64,000 nucleotides of DNA, taken from the NCBI GenBank assembly GCA_934572335.1, contig CAKTKU010000002.1, positions 58,945 through 122,944 of the forward strand, given 5' to 3'. The position numbers and the translations under genes were made by a program. This document shows positions 58,718 through 64,000 of this stretch, in pieces. The notes beneath the pieces are model-generated. The model did not search any database. It saw nothing but the letters and a program-made list of their open reading frames with translations, and was not told the origin of the DNA. Source of the stretch: an uncultured Oscillospiraceae bacterium. GTDB taxonomy: Bacteria > Bacillota > Clostridia > Oscillospirales > Oscillospiraceae. Position 1 is the stretch's first letter. The number at the start of each line of letters is the position of its first letter.

Positions 58718-59481
58718 TAGAAGTGAATAATCTCTGCTTCTCCTACGGCAGGGAGGACATACTGCGCGGCGTGAGCTTTTCCGCCGCGGACGGCGAGTGC
58801 GTCGGCATTCTGGGCAACAACGGCGCGGGCAAAAGCACGCTCGTCACCTGCATCAACCGCATAAATACCCCCCGTGAGGGCAGCGTGCTGCTCGACGGGG
58901 AGGACGTCGCCGCGATGACGAAGCGCGCCCTCGCGCAGAACATCGCCTATGTTGCGCAGAAGAACGAACAGACACAGGCGACAGTTTTCGACAGCGTGCT
59001 CCTCGGGCGCAAGCCGTACATAAAATGGGCGGTCAGCGACGAGGACATCGCCATCTGCGACGAGATGATCGCGCGCGTCGGGCTGGAGGCGCTGCGTCTG
59101 CGCCCGGTGGACGAGCTTTCCGGCGGCGAGCTGCAAAAGGTGATGCTCGCCCGCGCGCTCGTGCAGCAGCCGAAGGTGCTGCTCCTCGATGAACCGACGA
59201 GCAACCTCGACCCGCGCAATCAGTACGAAATGATGAAGCTGGTGCGCACCGTCGCCGATGAGAAGCACATAACCGTGCTTGTCGTCATCCATGATCTGAG
59301 CCTCGCCCTGCGCTTTTGCGACAGGTTTCTGCTGATGAAGGACGGCAGTGTCTACGCCAGCGGCGACTCCTCCGTCCTGACGGACGGGAACATTTACCCG
59401 GTCTACGGGATGCACGCATATATTGAAACCGTGCACGGCGTGCCGGTCGTTGTGATGCTGGAGGACGGCGATGTGGACTGA
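58714..59481 (+). CDS. ABC transporter ATP-binding protein (FepC/BtuD type)
   Basis: Start at MIEVNNL (ATGA overlap with permease stop); Walker A GNNGAGKST, signature LSGGELQKVMLARAL, Walker B LLLDEPTSNLD, H-loop VIHD. Confidence 0.85.
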   Translation: MIEVNNLCFSYGREDILRGVSFSAADGECVGILGNNGAGKSTLVTCINRINTPREGSVLLDGEDVAAMTKRALAQNIAYVAQKNEQTQATVFDSVLLGRKPYIKWAVSDEDIAICDEMIARVGLEALRLRPVDELSGGELQKVMLARALVQQPKVLLLDEPTSNLDPRNQYEMMKLVRTVADEKHITVLVVIHDLSLALRFCDRFLLMKDGSVYASGDSSVLTDGNIYPVYGMHAYIETVHGVPVVVMLEDGDVD

Positions 59482-60256
59482 AAAAGTGAAATGGGACAGC
59501 GCCGCCCCGGATTATCAGAGCGTTTTCCGCCTCGGCATCAACGAGTATAACGCCCGCCAGCTGAACTTCTGGCGTGAGCGCGGCATGCTCACGCCGGGCT
59601 GCCGCGTGCTCGACATCGGCTGCGGCGTGGGAAAATACGGGGTGTATCTCGCCCGGCTTGGCTACGACGTGACGCTCATCGACATATCCGAAAAAATGAT
59701 AGAGCAGGCGCGGCGCAACATGGCGGAGTTCACCACGCCGTGGCAGGTGCAGTGCTGTGACTTTGACGCGGTCACTGGCGTGGAGGATATTTTCGCGCCG
59801 GGGTTTGACTTCGCCATATCCACAATGTCACCCGCCGTGCACGACGCCGCAACAGTGCGCAGAATGAGCCGCATGACCCGCGGCTGGTGCTTCATCACCC
59901 GGTTTTACGATTGGCGTCAGCCGTTCCGCGATGAGCTGCTCTCCGCCGTCGGGCTGCCCGCGCGCCCCGCGTTCGACCGCGATCTCAAAGCCGACTGTGC
60001 GGAGATACTTTCCGCCGTCAGAGAGGCGGGGTACACGCCGGAGGTCGACTACGTCGACTACTGCTGGGCGGACACGCGGACGTGCGACGAGATGGCGGAC
60101 TATATGCGCCGCAATTACTTTCCGCAGTCGCCCGACGCGGACACGCTGCGCGAAAAGATGCGTGCACACCTGCGCGGAATATGCTATAATGACGGCACAG
60201 TGAGCGACGGCGTTGACACAAAGGTCATGCGGATATATTGGAAAACGGAGGAGTAA
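59471..60256 (+). CDS. class I SAM-dependent methyltransferase
   Basis: VLDIGCGVG motif I, acidic residue after strand 2 (IDIS); overlaps ATPase gene end by 11 nt. Confidence 0.75.
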   Translation: MWTEKVKWDSAAPDYQSVFRLGINEYNARQLNFWRERGMLTPGCRVLDIGCGVGKYGVYLARLGYDVTLIDISEKMIEQARRNMAEFTTPWQVQCCDFDAVTGVEDIFAPGFDFAISTMSPAVHDAATVRRMSRMTRGWCFITRFYDWRQPFRDELLSAVGLPARPAFDRDLKADCAEILSAVREAGYTPEVDYVDYCWADTRTCDEMADYMRRNYFPQSPDADTLREKMRAHLRGICYNDGTVSDGVDTKVMRIYWKTEE

Positions 60257-60258
60257 GC

Positions 60259-60672
60259 ATGGATATAAAAGAGCTGTACAGATCGGCGGGGCTGCTGCAC
60301 GGGCATTACTGCCCGGGACTTGCCATCGGCGTGCGCGCGGCGGCAGAGGCGCTGGACATACTCAAGGTCAAACGCGGCATCCGCGGGCTGTACTGCATCG
60401 CCGAGCAGCGCGCGTGCTATCTCGACGGGCTACAGATGGTGTTCGGCACAACGCTGGGCAACAAGAACATTGAGCTGCGCGAGACCGGCGAAACGGCGTT
60501 TGACTTCTACGACCGCGCCGGCGGGCAGAGCGTCCGCCTTGTCGTCAAGCCACAGTCCGAGGGGCTGACGCGCGATGAAAAGACGGAGTTCATCCTCACC
60601 GCGCCCTTTGACGATGTTCTTGAGCGCACCCCCGTCCGCTTCACCGCGCCGGAGTATACGCCGAAGAAGTGA
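60259..60672 (+). CDS. FmdE-family (formylmethanofuran-dehydrogenase subunit E-like) domain protein
   Basis: HGHYCPGLAIGVRAA motif characteristic of FmdE-like proteins; GGAGG RBS; 137 aa. Confidence 0.7.
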   Translation: MDIKELYRSAGLLHGHYCPGLAIGVRAAAEALDILKVKRGIRGLYCIAEQRACYLDGLQMVFGTTLGNKNIELRETGETAFDFYDRAGGQSVRLVVKPQSEGLTRDEKTEFILTAPFDDVLERTPVRFTAPEYTPKK

Positions 60673-60851
60673 TATGCAAAAGCCATCGGGACGTGACCTT
60701 ACCGCCCCGGTGGCTTTTACTCGGCTTTATAACGCAACCAATGATAACAAACATCACATAAATATGACAAGCGCAGTTGGTGGAAATCCCCGCAGCCGTG
60801 CGTTACAATATTCATACAATTCTGATTATTATATCGTTATGGAGGAAAAGT

Positions 60852-61913
60852 ATGAAAACCGTATTGCGGGTCGTTCTTATCATCGTCTGCGCCGTCATTG
60901 TCATCGCCGCGCTGGCGTTCGGGCTGTACTGGCGCAAAAATATACACTGGTACGATAAATATGAGCGTGCGCTCGATCGTGCCGGGGCGCAGGAGAAGCA
61001 GGTGACGCTCCCCTCCGGGCGCGTCATCAACTACGGCGAGGTGGAAAACGACAAGCCCGCGCTGCTGCTCATCCACGGGCAGATGGGCATATGGGAGGAT
61101 TACGCCCCCGTGCTGCCCGCGCTGGGCGAGAAATGGCACATCTACGCCGTCGACGTGTACGGGCACGGCGGCTCAACGCATGATGAGGGGCTTTACTATC
61201 TCGATGTGAACGGCGACGACCTCATCTGGTTTATCAACAACGTCATCGGCGGTCCCACCGTCGTCGCGGGGCATTCCAACGGCGCGCTCACGGCGGCGTA
61301 CATCGCCGCGTATGGCGGGGAGAACGTCGCGGGCACGGTGCTGGAGGATCCTCCCGTGTTCTCCACCGAGGGCGAGGGCTGGGAGCAGAGTTTCGCGTAT
61401 CTCGACACCTACAAGACTCTGCACGAATACGACCTTTCGGACAAGTCCGAGTGCTGGGAAGCGTTCTATCTGCGCCGCTGCCTGTGGGGGCAGCTGTACA
61501 TGGCATCCTCCATGCCCGGCATCGCCAGCTACGCCCAGAGCTACCATGACCTCCACCCCGGCGAACCGGTGAAGATCGGCTTTCTGCCCGCCTCCGTGTG
61601 GTCAGTGTTCCAATACGCGATGGAATATGACTTCGCCTATGGCGAGCATTTCTATGACCTCAGCTGGAACAACGGCCTCTCGCACGCCAGGATACTCTCG
61701 GACATCGCCGTGCCGTGCGTGTACATCCACGCAAAGGAGAGCGTGAGTGATGGCGGCACGTATCTGTGCGCCGCATCGAGGGAGCAGGCCGAACGCGCTG
61801 CCCGGTACATCGGCGATAGCTGCACGCTCATTGAGACTGACACCAGCGACCACGTGATACACTCTGTCCACAGCGAGCTCTATATCGACGCGGTCAATTC
61901 GCTTTTGAAATGA
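60852..61913 (+). CDS. membrane-anchored alpha/beta hydrolase
   Basis: Start at MKTVLRVV (GGAGG RBS); N-terminal TM, HG oxyanion (LLLIHGQMG), GHSNG nucleophile elbow. Confidence 0.75.
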   Translation: MKTVLRVVLIIVCAVIVIAALAFGLYWRKNIHWYDKYERALDRAGAQEKQVTLPSGRVINYGEVENDKPALLLIHGQMGIWEDYAPVLPALGEKWHIYAVDVYGHGGSTHDEGLYYLDVNGDDLIWFINNVIGGPTVVAGHSNGALTAAYIAAYGGENVAGTVLEDPPVFSTEGEGWEQSFAYLDTYKTLHEYDLSDKSECWEAFYLRRCLWGQLYMASSMPGIASYAQSYHDLHPGEPVKIGFLPASVWSVFQYAMEYDFAYGEHFYDLSWNNGLSHARILSDIAVPCVYIHAKESVSDGGTYLCAASREQAERAARYIGDSCTLIETDTSDHVIHSVHSELYIDAVNSLLK

Positions 61914-61923
61914 GGAGAAAAAC

Positions 61924-62358
61924 ATGCTGAAAGAAAATCTGACCATGCTACGCGGCATCAATGGCTATTCGCAGGAGGAGATCGCCGAGCGGATCGGCAT
62001 ATCGCGCCAGGCATACGCCAAATGGGAGAGCGGCGCGACCATCCCGGACGTTGAGAAGTGCCGCCGCCTCGCCGAGGTATACGGCGTGACGGTGGACGCG
62101 CTTTTGAAAACGGAGCAGGTCGACGGCGCGGGCGTGCTGCCTCCCGCGCCGAAGGGCAAGAACGTGTGGGGCTCCGTCGTGATGAACGAGCGCGGCCAGC
62201 TCGTCATCCCCAAGGCCGCGCGCGAGCATTTCGGCTTTGAACCCGGCCAGCGCTTCATCGTCCTCAGCGAGGACGCCGAGGGGCTCGCCCTCGTCCCGGC
62301 GGAGATATTCGAGGAGAAAATGCGCCGCCTGACGGAGCTTGCACGGACGGGAGAATAA
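61924..62358 (+). CDS. XRE-family HTH regulator fused to C-terminal SpoVT/AbrB-like swapped-hairpin domain
   Basis: N-terminal HTH_XRE (GYSQEEIAERIGISRQAYAKWESG), C-terminal ERGQLVIPKAAREHFGFEPGQRFIV matching AbrB/MazE-type looped-hinge helix fold. Confidence 0.7.
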   Translation: MLKENLTMLRGINGYSQEEIAERIGISRQAYAKWESGATIPDVEKCRRLAEVYGVTVDALLKTEQVDGAGVLPPAPKGKNVWGSVVMNERGQLVIPKAAREHFGFEPGQRFIVLSEDAEGLALVPAEIFEEKMRRLTELARTGE

Positions 62359-62376
62359 GCATAACAGCATGAAACA

Positions 62377-62408
62377 GCGCCCCGCGGTTTTTTCCGCGGG
62401 GCGCTTTC
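62377..62408. terminator. bidirectional intrinsic terminator
   Basis: GCGCCCCGCGG-TTTTTT-CCGCGGGGCGC perfect 11-bp stem. Confidence 0.7.
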
Positions 62409-62516
62409 GCCACGGCGCTGAGACGCGCCGATCGTCGCCATCTGATATAAATCAGAATTGTAAAAATGCGTGATAAATACTCGGAAACTATTCCGTGAAA
62501 AATGCTTTGCGGGTTA

Positions 62517-64000
62517 TTACTTGGTGAAAGTGGTCATGCAGCTGCCGTCGGCAAAGATGAACTGGATCTCATGCGTGCCGGCTTCAAGCGCCTCAATGAC
62601 CGCAGAGGCGATGGTGACAGTGCCGTCCTCGGCAACCGTGAACTCGACCTCTACGCCGTCAATGAGGACCTTCACGACCGCGTTGGAGTTGAGCACAAAC
62701 TCAAGGTCTCCGTCCGTCCACTGCTGACCCTTGCCCTCAAGCACAAGGTACTTCGCGTACAGAGGTGCAGAAGCGATAGCTGCGGCGGCAGCGGAAGTCT
62801 CGGTCTTGTTATCCTCTGCGGGTTTGGGGTCGGGGTCGGGCGTGGGTTTGGGGTCGGGGTCGGGCGTGGGTTTGGGGTCGGGGTCGGGCTTGGGCTCGGG
62901 AACGGTATAGGTCTCGCCGATCTTTACCTCAACGCCGTTGATGTAAATGGTGTTGCCGCTGTTGTTGACGATCTTTACGCCAACGGGAACGTCGTCGATT
63001 TTTTCACCATCGGGCGCTTTGACAACCGTGACGGTCCCGCCGTCCTTGGCAAGATCATAGCCGGATTCGCCGACAGCGTACTTCCCGTTGCTCTCGACAA
63101 CGACGGTATCCTCAACGTACTTACTGGGGTCAACACTGAACGTGCCGCCGGAAATGGCTATATTATTTCCCCTTATTGTACCCGTGAAATTTCCGCCGGA
63201 AATAGTTACGTTGCGGTCAGTATCCGGGTTCCAAATCACGTTATTACTGCTGCCTTTACCGGTGAATTTGCCGCCTTTTATGGTGATATTACTATTATGC
63301 AAATTATTCACCGTGCCGTCAATTTCAGCGCCATCTATTATAGTGGTCGAAACCGAAGAACTTCCACTCGAACTGGCGCCGCTGGATATAGCTCTATCAT
63401 TACTACCGCCAACAACCTTCACACCTGAATTGATGGTCATATCCCCGCCGTCATTGCCCAACGCAGCAAAATTATCCGTATTGATGTAAGTCCCGCCATT
63501 CAATGTTGTTGTAGCGTCAGCGCATGTTTTAACCGTGTAAGAATTAGACGTGGTTTTAAGTATACCGCCGCCCACAGAATCATTGATAGTGAGATTTCCA
63601 TAATTTTTGATGAGCTCACTTATCGTCCTGGACGTAATAGTGCGCCCGTTCAAATCAATGGTTATGGTTTGCCCGCTGCGGATCTCGTAGGATGGACTTC
63701 CTTCAATGTCGCTCTCGATCTTAATGGTATCTCCATTGTTAGCTTTAGCAATGGCTTCTTCGAGCGTCGGATACCACGTGCCGCCGATAGATGCCTCATT
63801 GCTGGAGACACCTGAGGTGCCTTCGCCCTCAAGCGTGGTGGTTTCCCGCACATACAACAAGCGCGCCCGTGGAAATTTTGAGGTGCCTTCGCCCTCAAGC
63901 GTGGTGGGTTCCATGCCGATTTGGGCATCATCGCCGCCGGACGCACCATCCTCTTCCTTGGGTTCTTCATTCACATCGCCGGAGCCGTCGGATTCTTCTT
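62517..64000 (-). CDS. secreted/surface right-handed beta-helix (pectate-lyase-fold) repeat protein with PDPDPKPT linker; C-terminal part only (N-terminus beyond window end)
   Basis: The frame stays open to the window edge. It carries repeated N-x-(S/T)-I-x-GG beta-helix rungs (ITIKGGKFTG, VTISGGNFTG, IAISGGTFS), a PEPKPDPDPKPTPDPDPKPTPDPDPKP linker and a C-terminal Ig-like domain. Confidence 0.6.
   Translation of the reverse strand, partial: EESDGSGDVNEEPKEEDGASGGDDAQIGMEPTTLEGEGTSKFPRARLLYVRETTTLEGEGTSGVSSNEASIGGTWYPTLEEAIAKANNGDTIKIESDIEGSPSYEIRSGQTITIDLNGRTITSRTISELIKNYGNLTINDSVGGGILKTTSNSYTVKTCADATTTLNGGTYINTDNFAALGNDGGDMTINSGVKVVGGSNDRAISSGASSSGSSSVSTTIIDGAEIDGTVNNLHNSNITIKGGKFTGKGSSNNVIWNPDTDRNVTISGGNFTGTIRGNNIAISGGTFSVDPSKYVEDTVVVESNGKYAVGESGYDLAKDGGTVTVVKAPDGEKIDDVPVGVKIVNNSGNTIYINGVEVKIGETYTVPEPKPDPDPKPTPDPDPKPTPDPDPKPAEDNKTETSAAAAAIASAPLYAKYLVLEGKGQQWTDGDLEFVLNSNAVVKVLIDGVEVEFTVAEDGTVTIASAVIEALEAGTHEIQFIFADGSCMTTFTK
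62808..62895. repeat. tandem ~30-bp GC-rich DNA repeat (about 3 units) encoding the PDPDPKPT linker
   Basis: gggtttggggtcggggtcgggcgtgg iterated three times in the sequence. Confidence 0.7.

Noticed and set aside
1-64000. Search by eye for tRNA, rRNA, CRISPR repeats, integrase/transposase genes
   Set aside because: No T-loop-like GGTTCGANTCC motifs, no regularly spaced direct repeats, no recombinase-like ORFs found. A covariance-model scan would be needed to be definitive.

Overview
High-GC (~60%) chromosomal window from a spore-forming Firmicute (Clostridia-like: spoVAD/spoVAE, spoIIP, sleB, reverse rubrerythrin). Gene density is high; most long ORFs antisense to the calls below are arginine-rich GC artefacts. 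Main content, in order:
- 1-7.4 kb: catabolic cluster (partial MFS, SDR, OYE-type enoate reductase, GntP-like permease, PucR regulator, TbADH-like NADP alcohol dehydrogenase).
- 7.5-11.9 kb: spoVAE(B) and spoVAD, then a G1PDH/DHQS-like enzyme, a SIS-domain protein and a DeoR regulator.
- 12.2-16.1 kb: FbpABC-like ABC importer (ATPase, fused double permease, lipoprotein SBP).
- 16.2-29.2 kb: the most notable block. A cytoplasmic Cys-type sulfatase, a BadF-type sugar kinase and a five-gene NitT/TauT-family ABC importer (two different ATPases, one with a degenerate signature) lie on one strand. Next come a divergent DeoR regulator, then a PotA/PotB/PotC-PotD-fusion ABC importer with the radical-SAM/SPASM anaerobic sulfatase-maturating enzyme as its last gene. 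I read this as an import-desulfate-phosphorylate locus for a sulfated small molecule.
- 29.6-33.3 kb: truA, then an acyltransferase-3 and a GT-C-like membrane protein.
- 33.4-40.9 kb: seven-gene aromatic amino-acid supraoperon (aroF-tyrA-aroB-aroA-aroC-pheA-aroE::aroK). It is preceded by a sigma-A promoter, an 18-codon Tyr/Phe-rich leader peptide (MRSSIIFAYAYYYFTVEK) and an intrinsic terminator directly in front of the aroF RBS, i.e. a candidate ribosome-mediated attenuator.
- 41.3-43.7 kb: rubredoxin (missed by the ORF track), reverse rubrerythrin, PerR, SpoIIP.
- 43.8-48.4 kb: TSCPD protein, SleB-like hydrolase, RsmG, HAD hydrolase, orphan SBP-like protein, monocistronic HypB.
- 48.6-53.9 kb: two tandem YhgE/Pip membrane proteins flanking a small acidic-tailed membrane protein.
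- 54-64 kb: TrmH, CMD-family protein, esterase, FecCD-type ABC importer co-operonic with a SAM methyltransferase and an FmdE-like protein, alpha/beta hydrolase, XRE-AbrB fusion regulator, and a partial beta-helix surface protein with PDPDPKPT repeats.
No rRNA, tRNA, CRISPR array or obvious mobile element was seen by eye.
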